This document shows, piece by piece, positions 34,156 to 45,087 of a stretch of 64,000 nt of DNA. The first letter of the stretch is position 1; every line of letters starts with the position of its first letter. The position numbers and the translations under genes are program-made. The notes under the pieces were generated by a model. It did no database searches, was not told the origin of the DNA, and saw only the letters and a list, made by a program, of their open reading frames with translations. The DNA comes from Escherichia coli (lineage in GTDB: Bacteria > Pseudomonadota > Gammaproteobacteria > Enterobacterales > Enterobacteriaceae). The stretch lies in assembly GCF_050920415.1 (NCBI RefSeq), contig NZ_CP169309.1; one strand, 5' to 3'.

Positions 34156-34263
34156 ATGACGCTCGCAGAACTGGGCATGGCCTTCTGGCATGATTTAGCG
34201 GCTCCGGTCATTGCTGGCATTCTTGCCAGTCTGATCGTGAACTCGCTGAATAAGTGGAAGTAA
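34156..34263 (+). CDS. ldrD: Ldr type I toxin peptide, copy 4 (35 aa, variant C-terminus)
   Basis: MTLAELGMAFWHDLAAPVIAGILASLIVNSLNKWK (W30S and R34W relative to copies 1-2). Confidence 0.8.
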   Translation: MTLAELGMAFWHDLAAPVIAGILASLIVNSLNKWK

Positions 34264-34349
34264 CGTGTCATGCGGGCGTCAGGCTGCCGTAATGGCAATT
34301 TGCGCCCGGATCAGGCCGCAGGGGTGAAACTCTGCGGCCTTTTTCGTTC

Positions 34350-36029
34350 TTATTGCGGGTAAGGCACCCAGTCGCCGCCGTTCAGGCGAACGTACGGTTT
34401 ATCCTGGTATTGAATAACTACTGCATTTGAGTTCTCGGAGACCGGTGCTGTTTGTGGCAACCCACTGGTGAGTTTTTTCCAGTCAACATTGTCTTCGGTG
34501 AAAATCTTACCATCAAGAACGCGAACCACCAGATCGGAGATAGCCAGGAAGCTGCTCGGTTGGTTGATGACAATCGGTGCCCCCTGATGTGGTGCCTTCA
34601 TGCCGAAGAATTTCACCCCAACGGGGACGTCTGTGATAGACGGGCTAGGGATATCACGTAGGCCAGATACCTGCATTCTGTCGCCCTTCAGCGCGCCACC
34701 GTGTTCCGGCACCACTACCACCATCACTTTACGACCCGATTTCTCCAGTTCAGTAAAGAAGGCGTCCAGCTCATCAAAGAATTTCTGCGCTCGCGCTTTG
34801 TAATCCGCTGTTTTGCTGACGCCCGGATAATGGTTGCCGTCATGCAGTGGAAGCGTGTTGTAGAACGTGGCACTACGGCTGTTTTTATCTTTTTCGGTAA
34901 CGTCCAGCCAGCGGTTAAGCACGGCGGTATCGTCATAAACCGGCGAACCATCAAAGCCCAACAAAATAACCGGCAGATTTGTTTGATCCATCAATTCGGT
35001 CTGCATGCCGCCATTTTCGCGAACTTCTTTCAAAAAACCGCCGAACTGGCCGTTATGTCCCATCATCAGGTGCTGGGTAAAGCCCAGTTTCGACAGGTTA
35101 TCAAACAGATAGCAGTCGTTATTTGCCGGTTGATACAGATTAGTGTGCGAAGTCTGCCCGCAGCTGGCGCGCAGTAAACGGATCGCCGCCGGGCCACTGT
35201 AGGAGGTGGCGGAGTTAAAGTTCTTGAACTCAATATCGAAATGCGACCACAGCGGATGCGACATCAACCCGGCGGCTTCAATATCCGACCAGGAAAGCGA
35301 ACAGATATTAATCACCAGTAGTTCAAATGGCTGAGCATCAGCGGGCAGCGAAGACGGGAAGGTCGATTTACGTTTCGCCTCCGCGTTATAGAAATTATTC
35401 AGCCAGGCGTTAAGGTTCGCCGTTGTTGGCGGTGCAGTTTGTGCGGGCATATCACCCACTACCGGTGCGCCACCCGTCGCCGCAACGGTTGCCGCTGCGT
35501 TACCACCCGTCGTTGTTACAGTGGTCGTCGGTTGACCGGCAGGCCACAAGGAGAAACTTGGTCCCGCCAGGGTAAGTACGTTCAGCCATAGCAGAATGGC
35601 AACCACAAAAACGGTAATGCGAATCCATTGTGACAGGAATAACCAGGCCACTAATAAAACAAAAATGGCCCCAATCATCTGCCAGTTAATAAAGCGTGTG
35701 ACAAGGTCGATTAAATAATCGGTACTGAACCCCGCCACCTGCGAACCCTGGCTCATTATGCTTTCCGGGCCAGGCAACCAGGTGTCATGCCAGAACAAAG
35801 CAAAGCCGATCGGCAGGGCAATCCAGTGGCGTAAGCGATGCAGGCTGTAGCGCGGAATGGGCATCAGCAGAAACGCGGCAAACACCAGATTGAGGAGCGG
35901 ATGGAAGTTAAGATATCCCGCCCACAACAGGCCGAACTTAACCAGAAAATAGAAGTTCCAGCCGGAAAGGCCGCGCCAGTATTGCCAGAGGGAAGAAGGC
36001 ATGGCGGTATTTTGCGTAAATTGAGTCAT
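34350..36029 (-). CDS. bcsG: cellulose biosynthesis protein BcsG (phosphoethanolamine transferase)
   Basis: 559-aa ORF, N-terminal TM segments plus periplasmic alkaline-phosphatase-like domain; head of the bcsEFG operon. Confidence 0.9.
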
Positions 36030-36217
36030 TTTTTGGTTGCCCTGGCTTTTTCCGTGCGGCGTAACGTCCCGGCCGGTTTAACATAACGAGGTTTAGCAAA
36101 GAACAAACGTAAGGTGTCGCGAATGCGTCGCAAAGAGTGCCGCGCCAGATAGCCCAGCGGGAAAAATATCAGTGCGCAAACGACAATAATTTCAATGATA
36201 TCGCTGATGGTCATCAT
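36026..36217 (-). CDS. bcsF: cellulose biosynthesis protein BcsF
   Basis: 63-aa single-TM ORF ([26 protein letters not shown]) between bcsE and bcsG with 4-bp overlaps. Confidence 0.8.
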
Positions 36218-37785
36218 GATGAGCGCTCCACAGCATCATCTAACAGTCGCATTGGTTCTGGTATTCTTCGCCAGTGGCGACCATCGTGCTCGGCATTGAT
36301 GACCGGTTTAGAACTTTGCGTTAAAGGCAGCGGCATGCCCCATTGTTCTGGGGCAAGCAGGCGCATCTGCACCAGCTCGGCACTGATTTGATCATCTTCA
36401 AACCAGACCATACGGTTTGAGAAAATGTCGCCAGTCGGCAATGGGAAAATATGATTCAACGCGGTATCCAGATCGTTAATCCGACAGAATGAGAGAAACA
36501 GCACCAGCCGATTACCGCCAATGGTCATGATATCGCCGGTACGGTTAGGGCGACACAGCGTCAGGGCTTGCTCAACGCGGATACCCGGTACCGGACGTAG
36601 GGCAACCAGAACGCCTTTACCATGTGCAGGCAAGAGAGGGTTATTCATCATGTTGTTAACGGCATTACAGAACACATCCCACTTCTGGAAACCACGCAGT
36701 TTGAGCGGCTGGGTCATTGACAGCAAGGTAGTGATATCTTCCGGCACATAGCGACTAAACTTCTGCCCTTGCACGCTTTCGATCATCGTCAGACAGCGGG
36801 AGAGTGGCGCATTCCACGGGATAACCATATTTGCACCGCAGGCCAATAATAAACGTTCATCGGTGGCGCGCAGGCTTGCAGTATTTTCCCGTACGAGGAT
36901 TTTCATCGCACTACCGCGCTGGCGACGCAGAGTATGAATGCTGCGGGCCAGTGGCTCGATTTGCGCATTTTGCTGTAAAGAAAAGACCACCGTCGCCGCC
37001 TGAGCTGTACGGGCTTCATTGAACAGAACTTCGTTATTGTTGAACAGTTGCCAGTGTTCCGATAGGGGCGGTGCACCTTCCAGTACAGCAACATTACTCA
37101 GAATGCGTTTTTCGTCGCTGCGTGGTTGGATCTCCGCCTCTTCGCTTTGAACTAATGTCCAGATACCATTTTGTTGCTGAACGCTAAGCTGCTGACGGGC
37201 GCTGACCCCTTTTTCGTTGCACCAGAAGGCAATATCCAGCAAATGTTGGTCGCCCTGAAAACGCAAACTGGCAAGACCAAAAAGTGAACGGTATTCCTCA
37301 AGCAACAATGAAAATTGTTTATCGTTATTATTTCCGGGATTAATTACCAAAAGCGAACAATGGTTTAACCTGCTCCATTTATTCATTTTATCCAACCATG
37401 AGCGAAGCCGCTCGGCAGGAATGTTTTGCCATGCGTTATTTGCGCAAACAAGAATAAAAAGGTAATTATTGGGATCAATAGAACACTGCAAATCACGGGC
37501 CAAATAGTATAGACCTTTTTCATGATTTAGCATTGAAAATAATTTTATTTTTTCCGGCCCTTGAGAATCATCTAATTGAAAGATTTTCGCCGGATCGCTG
37601 TCCATGCTAATGACCGCGACGTGTGCGGTTTCAGCCTGGGATGCAATTGTTTGATTCGCCAGACTGATAGCATCTTCATGGCGATCGACGTTAAACCACC
37701 AGACGCCGCCTGCTGGCATATGTCGCAGCTCATCCCATAATGATGAGATACCGATAGAGAATACAGGGTCCACAATGTCCCTCAT
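36214..37785 (-). CDS. bcsE: cellulose biosynthesis c-di-GMP-binding protein BcsE
   Basis: 523-aa ORF; position and size match bcsE. Confidence 0.88.
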
Positions 37786-38056
37786 GTCATCATTTTGTCT
37801 GATTATCAGTTTACTAGCGAAAGCTAAGAAATAAACCTACCATTGAAATTAAAACTTATCAGATTTAGCATGTGAATCAATTTAGCAGGTCACAAGACGT
37901 GTGATTTTAGTCTTTTCGTTTTTAACTTTTTTTGTTGCGTAACGGAAAGTCAAAAAGTGAGCAAATTCCCGTCTCGCCGTAAACAATAAACCGGCGAAAT
38001 GCTCACGGTTAGAATTGTCTCATGAACGGTGCGGTTATTTCATAGGGATCAAGCAA

Positions 38057-38245
38057 ATGAATAACAATGAACCAGATACTCTGCCTGATCCCGCGATAGG
38101 CTATATCTTCCAGAATGATATTTTGGCGTTAAAGCAGGCATTTTCACTGCCTGATATTGATTATGCCGATATTTCCCAACGCGAACAGTTGGCCGCGGCA
38201 TTAAAACGCTGGCCGTTGCTGGCAGAGTTTGCGCAACAAAAGTAG
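38057..38245 (+). CDS. bcsR: cellulose biosynthesis protein BcsR
   Basis: ORF 38015..38245; start chosen at MNNNEPDTLPDPAIGYIFQ (62 aa). Confidence 0.8.
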   Translation: MNNNEPDTLPDPAIGYIFQNDILALKQAFSLPDIDYADISQREQLAAALKRWPLLAEFAQQK

Positions 38246-38256
38246 GGGATTGGTGA

Positions 38257-39009
38257 ATGGCCGTACTGGGATTGCAGGGGGTGCGGGGAGGCGTGGGGAC
38301 AACAACCATCACTGCCGCATTAGCCTGGTCATTACAAATGTTGGGAGAAAATGTCCTGGTGGTCGATGCCTGCCCGGACAATTTGTTGCGCCTGTCATTT
38401 AACGTTGATTTTACCCACCGTCAGGGCTGGGCCAGAGCCATGCTGGACGGTCAGGACTGGCGTGACGCCGGGTTGCGCTATACCTCGCAGCTCGATTTGC
38501 TGCCTTTTGGTCAGTTATCCATTGAAGAACAAGAAAATCCTCAGCACTGGCAAACCCGGTTGAGCGATATTTGCTCCGGCTTACAGCAACTCAAAGCTAG
38601 CGGGCGTTACCAGTGGATTTTGATCGACTTACCGCGTGATGCCTCACAGATAACCCACCAGTTGCTGAGTTTGTGCGATCACTCGCTGGCAATCGTCAAT
38701 GTGGATGCCAACTGCCATATCCGGCTGCATCAGCAGGCGCTGCCGGATGGCGCGCATATTTTGATTAATGACTTCCGTATCGGCAGTCAGGTTCAGGACG
38801 ATATTTACCAGCTTTGGTTGCAAAGCCAGCGCCGATTACTGCCAATGCTCATTCATCGTGATGAAGCGATGGCTCAATGCCTGGCGGCTAAGCAACCAGT
38901 CGGTGAATACCGCAGTGATGCGCTGGCGGCTGAAGAGATACTGACGCTGGCTAACTGGTGCCTGTTGAACTATTCCGGGCTGAAAACGCCAGTCGGGAGT
39001 GCATCATGA
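38257..39009 (+). CDS. bcsQ: cellulose synthase operon protein BcsQ (ParA/MinD-like ATPase), intact
   Basis: 250-aa uninterrupted ORF starting MAVLGLQGVRGGVGTTTITAALAWSLQ; codon 6 is TTG (Leu). Confidence 0.9.
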   Translation: MAVLGLQGVRGGVGTTTITAALAWSLQMLGENVLVVDACPDNLLRLSFNVDFTHRQGWARAMLDGQDWRDAGLRYTSQLDLLPFGQLSIEEQENPQHWQTRLSDICSGLQQLKASGRYQWILIDLPRDASQITHQLLSLCDHSLAIVNVDANCHIRLHQQALPDGAHILINDFRIGSQVQDDIYQLWLQSQRRLLPMLIHRDEAMAQCLAAKQPVGEYRSDALAAEEILTLANWCLLNYSGLKTPVGSAS

Positions 39010-41624
39010 GTATCCTGACCCGGTGGTTGCTTATCCCGCCGGTCAACGCGCGGCTTATCGGGCGTTATCGCGATTATCGTCGTCACGGCGCGTCGGCTTT
39101 CAGCGCGACGCTCGGCTGTTTTTGGTTGATCCTGGCCTGGATTTTTATTCCGCTGGAGCACCCGCGCTGGCAGCGTATTCGCGCAGAACATAAAAACCTG
39201 TATCCGCATATCAACGCCTCGCGTCCGCGTCCGCTGGACCCGGTCCGTTATCTCATTCAAACATGCTGGTTACTGATCGGTACATCGCGCAAAGAAACGC
39301 CGAAACCGCGCAGGCGGGCAATTTCAGGTCTGCAGAATATTCGTGGCCGTTACCATCAATGGATGGACGAGTTGCCTGAGCGCGTTAGCCATAAAACACA
39401 GCATCTTGATGAGAAAAAAGAACTCGGTCATTTGAGCGCCGGGGCGCGGCGGTTGATCCTCGGTATCATCGTCACCTTCTCACTGATTTTGGCATTAATC
39501 TGCGTTACCCAGCCGTTTAACCCGCTGGCGCAGTTTATCTTCCTGATGCTGCTGTGGGGTGTAGCACTGATCGTACGACGAATGCCGGGACGCTTCTCGG
39601 CGCTGATGTTGATTGTGCTGTCGCTGACTGTTTCTTGCCGTTATATCTGGTGGCGCTACACCTCTACGCTGAACTGGGACGATCCGGTAAGTCTGGTGTG
39701 CGGGCTTATACTGCTGTTCGCTGAAACGTACGCGTGGATTGTGCTGGTGCTCGGCTACTTCCAGGTGGTATGGCCGCTGAATCGTCAGCCGGTGCCATTG
39801 CCGAAAGATATGTCGCTGTGGCCGTCGGTGGATATCTTTGTCCCGACTTACAACGAAGATCTCAACGTGGTGAAAAATACGATTTACGCCTCGCTGGGTA
39901 TCGACTGGCCGAAAGACAAGCTGAACATCTGGATCCTAGATGACGGCGGCAGGGAAGAGTTTCGCCAGTTTGCACAAAACGTGGGGGTGAAATATATCGC
40001 CCGTACCACTCATGAACATGCGAAAGCAGGCAACATCAACAATGCGCTGAAATATGCCAAAGGCGAGTTCGTGTCGATTTTCGACTGCGACCACGTACCA
40101 ACGCGATCGTTCCTGCAAATGACCATGGGCTGGTTCCTGAAAGAAAAACAGTTGGCGATGATGCAGACGCCGCACCACTTCTTCTCACCGGACCCGTTTG
40201 AACGCAACCTCGGGCGTTTTCGTAAAACGCCAAACGAAGGCACGCTGTTTTATGGTCTGGTGCAGGACGGCAATGATATGTGGGATGCCACTTTCTTCTG
40301 CGGTTCCTGTGCGGTGATTCGCCGTAAGCCGCTGGATGAGATTGGCGGTATTGCCGTCGAAACGGTAACCGAAGATGCGCATACTTCTCTGCGTCTGCAC
40401 CGTCGTGGCTACACTTCAGCGTATATGCGTATTCCACAGGCGGCGGGGCTGGCGACCGAAAGTCTGTCGGCGCATATCGGCCAACGTATTCGCTGGGCGC
40501 GTGGGATGGTGCAAATCTTCCGTCTTGATAACCCGCTCACCGGAAAAGGACTGAAGTTTGCTCAGCGGCTGTGCTACGTCAACGCCATGTTCCATTTCTT
40601 GTCGGGCATTCCACGACTGATCTTTCTGACTGCGCCGCTGGCGTTCCTGCTGCTGCATGCCTACATCATCTACGCGCCAGCGTTAATGATTGCTCTGTTT
40701 GTGCTGCCGCATATGATTCACGCCAGCCTGACCAACTCGAAGATTCAGGGTAAATATCGCCACTCTTTCTGGAGCGAAATCTACGAAACGGTACTGGCGT
40801 GGTATATCGCACCACCGACGCTGGTGGCGCTGATTAACCCGCACAAAGGCAAATTTAACGTCACCGCCAAAGGTGGACTGGTGGAAGAAGAGTACGTCGA
40901 CTGGGTGATCTCACGGCCCTACATTTTCCTGGTATTGCTCAACCTGGTCGGTATTGCGGTCGGTATCTGGCGTTACTTCTACGGCCCGCCAACCGAGATG
41001 CTCACTGTCATCGTCAGTATGGTGTGGGTGTTCTACAACCTGATTATTCTCGGTGGTGCGGTAGCGGTATCGGTAGAAAGCAAACAGGTTCGCCGATCGC
41101 ACCGCGTGGAGATGACGATGCCCGCGGCAATTGCCCGCGAAGATGGTCACCTCTTCTCGTGTACCGTTCAGGATTTCTCCGACGGTGGTTTGGGGATCAA
41201 GATCAACGGTCAGGCACAGATTCTGGAAGGGCAGAAAGTGAATCTGTTGCTTAAACGCGGTCAGCAAGAATACGTCTTCCCGGCCCAGGTGGCGCGCGTG
41301 ATGGGTAATGAAGTTGGGCTGAAATTAATGCCGCTCACCACCCAGCAACATATCGATTTTGTGCAGTGTACGTTTGCCCGTGCGGATACATGGGCGCTCT
41401 GGCAGGACAGCTATCCGGAAGATAAGCCGCTGGAAAGTCTGCTGGATATTCTGAAGCTCGGCTTCCGTGGCTACCGCCATCTGGCGGAGTTTGCGCCTTC
41501 TTCGGTGAAGGGCATATTCCGTGTGCTGACTTCTCTGGTTTCCTGGGTTGTATCGTTTATTCCGCGCCGCCCGGAGCGGAGCGAAACGGCACAACCATCG
41601 GATCAGGCTTTGGCTCAACAATGA
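39006..41624 (+). CDS. bcsA: cellulose synthase catalytic subunit BcsA
   Basis: ORF 38958..41624; start at MSILTRWLLIPPVN (872 aa); GT2 motifs (QTPHHF, QRIRWARG) and C-terminal PilZ domain. Confidence 0.93.
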   Translation: MSILTRWLLIPPVNARLIGRYRDYRRHGASAFSATLGCFWLILAWIFIPLEHPRWQRIRAEHKNLYPHINASRPRPLDPVRYLIQTCWLLIGTSRKETPKPRRRAISGLQNIRGRYHQWMDELPERVSHKTQHLDEKKELGHLSAGARRLILGIIVTFSLILALICVTQPFNPLAQFIFLMLLWGVALIVRRMPGRFSALMLIVLSLTVSCRYIWWRYTSTLNWDDPVSLVCGLILLFAETYAWIVLVLGYFQVVWPLNRQPVPLPKDMSLWPSVDIFVPTYNEDLNVVKNTIYASLGIDWPKDKLNIWILDDGGREEFRQFAQNVGVKYIARTTHEHAKAGNINNALKYAKGEFVSIFDCDHVPTRSFLQMTMGWFLKEKQLAMMQTPHHFFSPDPFERNLGRFRKTPNEGTLFYGLVQDGNDMWDATFFCGSCAVIRRKPLDEIGGIAVETVTEDAHTSLRLHRRGYTSAYMRIPQAAGLATESLSAHIGQRIRWARGMVQIFRLDNPLTGKGLKFAQRLCYVNAMFHFLSGIPRLIFLTAPLAFLLLHAYIIYAPALMIALFVLPHMIHASLTNSKIQGKYRHSFWSEIYETVLAWYIAPPTLVALINPHKGKFNVTAKGGLVEEEYVDWVISRPYIFLVLLNLVGIAVGIWRYFYGPPTEMLTVIVSMVWVFYNLIILGGAVAVSVESKQVRRSHRVEMTMPAAIAREDGHLFSCTVQDFSDGGLGIKINGQAQILEGQKVNLLLKRGQQEYVFPAQVARVMGNEVGLKLMPLTTQQHIDFVQCTFARADTWALWQDSYPEDKPLESLLDILKLGFRGYRHLAEFAPSSVKGIFRVLTSLVSWVVSFIPRRPERSETAQPSDQALAQQ

Positions 41625-41634
41625 TGATAACGCG

Positions 41635-43974
41635 ATGAAAAGAAAACTATTCTGGATTTGTGCAGTGGCTATGGGGATGAGTGCGTTCCCCTCTTTCATG
41701 ACGCAGGCGACGCCAGCAACGCAACCACTGATCAATGCTGAGCCAGCTGTAGCCGCCCAGACGGAACAAAATCCGCAGGTGGGGCAAGTGATGCCGGGCG
41801 TGCAGGGCGCTGATGCCCCCATCGTGGCGCAGAACGGTCCTTCGCGTGATGTGAAGCTGACCTTTGCGCAAATTGCGCCACCGCCGGGCAGCATGGTGCT
41901 ACGTGGCATTAACCCGAACGGCAGCATTGAGTTTGGTATGCGCAGCGATGAAGTGGTGACGAAGGCGATGCTCAACCTCGAATACACGCCATCGCCATCG
42001 TTACTGCCTGTCCAGTCGCAGTTAAAGGTTTATCTCAATGATGAACTGATGGGCGTGCTGCCAGTGACCAAAGAACAGTTGGGTAAAAAAACGCTGGCAC
42101 AAATGCCAATTAACCCACTGTTTATTACCGACTTCAACCGTGTGCGGCTGGAGTTTGTCGGTCATTATCAGGACGTGTGCGAAAACCCGGCCAGCACCAC
42201 GCTTTGGCTGGATGTTGGGCGGAGCAGTGGACTGGATCTGACCTATCAGACCCTGAATGTGAAGAATGATCTGTCACACTTCCCGGTACCATTCTTTGAC
42301 CCGCGTGATAACCGCACCAACACCTTGCCGATGGTCTTTGCGGGTGCGCCGGATGTTGGGCTGCAACAAGCATCTGCCATTGTCGCCTCGTGGTTTGGTT
42401 CGCGTTCTGGCTGGCGTGGGCAGAACTTCCCGGTGCTCTATAACCAACTGCCGGATCGCAATGCCATCGTTTTTGCCACTAATGACAAACGCCCGGACTT
42501 CCTGCGCGATCATCCGGCGGTAAAAGCCCCGGTGATTGAGATGATCAACCATCCACAGAATCCTTACGTCAAACTGCTGGTGGTCTTTGGTCGTGACGAC
42601 AAAGACCTGTTGCAGGCAGCGAAAGGTATCGCTCAGGGTAACATTCTGTTCCGTGGTGAAAGCGTGGTAGTGAATGAAGTGAAACCGCTGCTACCGCGTA
42701 AGCCGTACGATGCGCCGAACTGGGTGCGTACCGATCGTCCGGTCACCTTTGGTGAACTGAAAACCTATGAAGAACAGTTACAATCCAGCGGTCTTGAGCC
42801 AGCAGCGATTAACGTTTCGCTAAACCTGCCGCCGGATCTCTACCTGATGCGCAGTACCGGCATTGATATGGATATCAACTATCGCTACACCATGCCGCCG
42901 GTGAAAGACAGTTCGCGGATGGATATCAGCCTGAATAACCAGTTCCTGCAATCCTTCAACCTGAGCAGTAAACAGGAGGCGAACCGCCTGCTGCTGCGTA
43001 TTCCGGTATTACAAGGTTTGCTGGATGGCAAAACGGATGTCTCTATTCCGGCGCTGAAACTGGGCGCGACCAACCAGTTGCGGTTCGACTTTGAGTATAT
43101 GAACCCGATGCCGGGCGGTTCGGTGGATAACTGTATTACCTTCCAGCCGGTGCAGAATCATGTGGTGATTGGTGACGACTCCACCATCGACTTCTCGAAG
43201 TATTACCACTTCATCCCGATGCCGGATCTACGCGCCTTTGCTAACGCGGGCTTCCCGTTCAGCCGGATGGCGGATCTGTCACAAACCATCACCGTGATGC
43301 CGAAAGCGCCTAACGAAGCACAGATGGAAACCTTGCTGAATACCGTTGGCTTTATCGGTGCGCAGACGGGCTTCCCGGCGATTAACCTGACGGTGACCGA
43401 TGATGGCAGCACCATTCAGGGCAAAGATGCCGACATCATGATTATCGGTGGTATCCCGGACAAACTGAAAGACGACAAGCAGATCGACCTGTTGGTGCAG
43501 GCGACCGAAAGCTGGGTGAAAACGCCGATGCGCCAGACCCCGTTCCCCGGCATTGTGCCGGACGAGAGCGATCGCGCGGCAGAAACTCAATCAACGCTGA
43601 CCTCTTCCGGTGCGATGGCAGCGGTGATTGGCTTCCAGTCGCCGTATAACGACCAGCGTAGCGTGATTGCGCTGCTGGCAGATAGCCCACGCGGTTATGA
43701 AATGCTTAACGATGCGGTGAACGATAGCGGCAAACGCGCCACCATGTTCGGCTCGGTCGCGGTGATCCGCGAGTCCGGTATCAATAGCCTGCGTGTTGGC
43801 GACGTCTATTACGTTGGCCATCTGCCGTGGTTCGAACGCTTATGGTATGCGCTGGCAAACCATCCGATTCTGCTGGCGGTGCTGGCGGCAATCAGCGTCG
43901 TGCTGCTGGCCTGGGTACTGTGGCGTTTGCTGCGTATTATCAGCCGTCGTCGTCTTAACCCGGATAACGAGTAA
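41635..43974 (+). CDS. bcsB: cellulose synthase regulatory subunit BcsB
   Basis: ORF 41548..43974; start at MKRKLFWICAVAMGMSAFPSF (signal peptide), 779 aa. Confidence 0.9.
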   Translation: MKRKLFWICAVAMGMSAFPSFMTQATPATQPLINAEPAVAAQTEQNPQVGQVMPGVQGADAPIVAQNGPSRDVKLTFAQIAPPPGSMVLRGINPNGSIEFGMRSDEVVTKAMLNLEYTPSPSLLPVQSQLKVYLNDELMGVLPVTKEQLGKKTLAQMPINPLFITDFNRVRLEFVGHYQDVCENPASTTLWLDVGRSSGLDLTYQTLNVKNDLSHFPVPFFDPRDNRTNTLPMVFAGAPDVGLQQASAIVASWFGSRSGWRGQNFPVLYNQLPDRNAIVFATNDKRPDFLRDHPAVKAPVIEMINHPQNPYVKLLVVFGRDDKDLLQAAKGIAQGNILFRGESVVVNEVKPLLPRKPYDAPNWVRTDRPVTFGELKTYEEQLQSSGLEPAAINVSLNLPPDLYLMRSTGIDMDINYRYTMPPVKDSSRMDISLNNQFLQSFNLSSKQEANRLLLRIPVLQGLLDGKTDVSIPALKLGATNQLRFDFEYMNPMPGGSVDNCITFQPVQNHVVIGDDSTIDFSKYYHFIPMPDLRAFANAGFPFSRMADLSQTITVMPKAPNEAQMETLLNTVGFIGAQTGFPAINLTVTDDGSTIQGKDADIMIIGGIPDKLKDDKQIDLLVQATESWVKTPMRQTPFPGIVPDESDRAAETQSTLTSSGAMAAVIGFQSPYNDQRSVIALLADSPRGYEMLNDAVNDSGKRATMFGSVAVIRESGINSLRVGDVYYVGHLPWFERLWYALANHPILLAVLAAISVVLLAWVLWRLLRIISRRRLNPDNE

Positions 43975-45087
43975 TTGAAGATGAATGTGTTGCGTAGTGG
44001 ACTCGTGACGATGCTGCTGCTGGCTGCCTTTAGTGTTCAGGCTGCCTGCAACTGGCCTGCCTGGGAGCAGTTCAAAAAGGATTACATCAGTCAGGAAGGG
44101 CGCGTCATCGACCCCAGCGACGCGCGCAAAATCACCACCTCCGAAGGGCAAAGTTACGGCATGTTCTTTGCCCTGGCGGCTAACGACCGTGCAGCTTTCG
44201 ATAATATTCTCGACTGGACGCAGAACAATCTCGCTCAGGGTTCTTTAAAAGAACATTTGCCCGCCTGGCTGTGGGGCAAGAAAGAGAACAGTAAGTGGGA
44301 AGTGCTGGACAGCAATTCGGCCTCTGATGGTGATGTCTGGATGGCCTGGTCGTTGCTGGAGGCGGGGCGTTTGTGGAAAGAGCAGCGTTATACCGACATC
44401 GGCAGCGCGTTGTTAAAACGTATTGCGCGGGAGGAAGTGGTGACGGTGCCTGGGCTGGGTTCCATGTTGTTGCCGGGCAAAGTGGGATTTGCAGAGGATA
44501 ACAGCTGGCGTTTTAACCCCAGCTACCTGCCGCCGACGCTGGCGCAGTATTTCACCCGCTTTGGCGCGCCGTGGACTACGCTGCGCGAAACCAATCAACG
44601 TTTATTGCTGGAAACCGCCCCGAAAGGCTTTTCGCCAGACTGGGTGCGCTATGAGAAAGACAAAGGCTGGCAGCTAAAAGCCGAAAAAACATTGATCAGC
44701 AGCTACGACGCTATCCGTGTTTACATGTGGGTAGGCATGATGCCTGACAGCGATCCGCAAAAAGCGCGGATGCTCAACCGGTTTAAACCGATGGCGACAT
44801 TCACCGAGAAAAACGGCTATCCGCCGGAAAAAGTCGATGTGGCTACGGGGAAAGCGCAGGGTAAAGGACCGGTCGGTTTTTCTGCCGCCATGCTGCCCTT
44901 TTTACAAAACCGCGATGCACAGGCCGTTCAGCGCCAGCGCGTGGCCGATAACTTTCCCGGCAGCGATGCCTATTACAACTATGTGCTGACCCTGTTTGGA
45001 CAAGGCTGGGATCAACACCGTTTCCGCTTCTCGACAAAAGGTGAGTTATTACCTGACTGGGGCCAGGAATGCGCAAATTCACACTAA
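43975..45087 (+). CDS. bcsZ: endo-1,4-beta-glucanase BcsZ (GH8)
   Basis: 370-aa ORF with signal peptide; GH8-family cellulase; start may be the second Met. Confidence 0.9.
   Translation: MKMNVLRSGLVTMLLLAAFSVQAACNWPAWEQFKKDYISQEGRVIDPSDARKITTSEGQSYGMFFALAANDRAAFDNILDWTQNNLAQGSLKEHLPAWLWGKKENSKWEVLDSNSASDGDVWMAWSLLEAGRLWKEQRYTDIGSALLKRIAREEVVTVPGLGSMLLPGKVGFAEDNSWRFNPSYLPPTLAQYFTRFGAPWTTLRETNQRLLLETAPKGFSPDWVRYEKDKGWQLKAEKTLISSYDAIRVYMWVGMMPDSDPQKARMLNRFKPMATFTEKNGYPPEKVDVATGKAQGKGPVGFSAAMLPFLQNRDAQAVQRQRVADNFPGSDAYYNYVLTLFGQGWDQHRFRFSTKGELLPDWGQECANSH

Larger units (their letters stand above)
32505..34345 (+). repeat. long-direct-repeat (LDR) array: four tandem ldr/rdl units of about 483 bp
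   Basis: Unit spacing 483/484/483 bp measured between the four ldr start codons; each unit holds a 35-codon ldr ORF, a terminator (GGCCGCAG...CTGCGGCC plus T-run) and an antisense rdl region. Confidence 0.9.

Noticed and set aside
32400-34345. Possible CRISPR array suggested by the regular tandem repeats
   Set aside because: Repeat period is about 483 bp with a protein-coding ORF in each unit, not 28-37-bp repeats with unique spacers; no cas genes nearby. This is an LDR toxin-antitoxin array.
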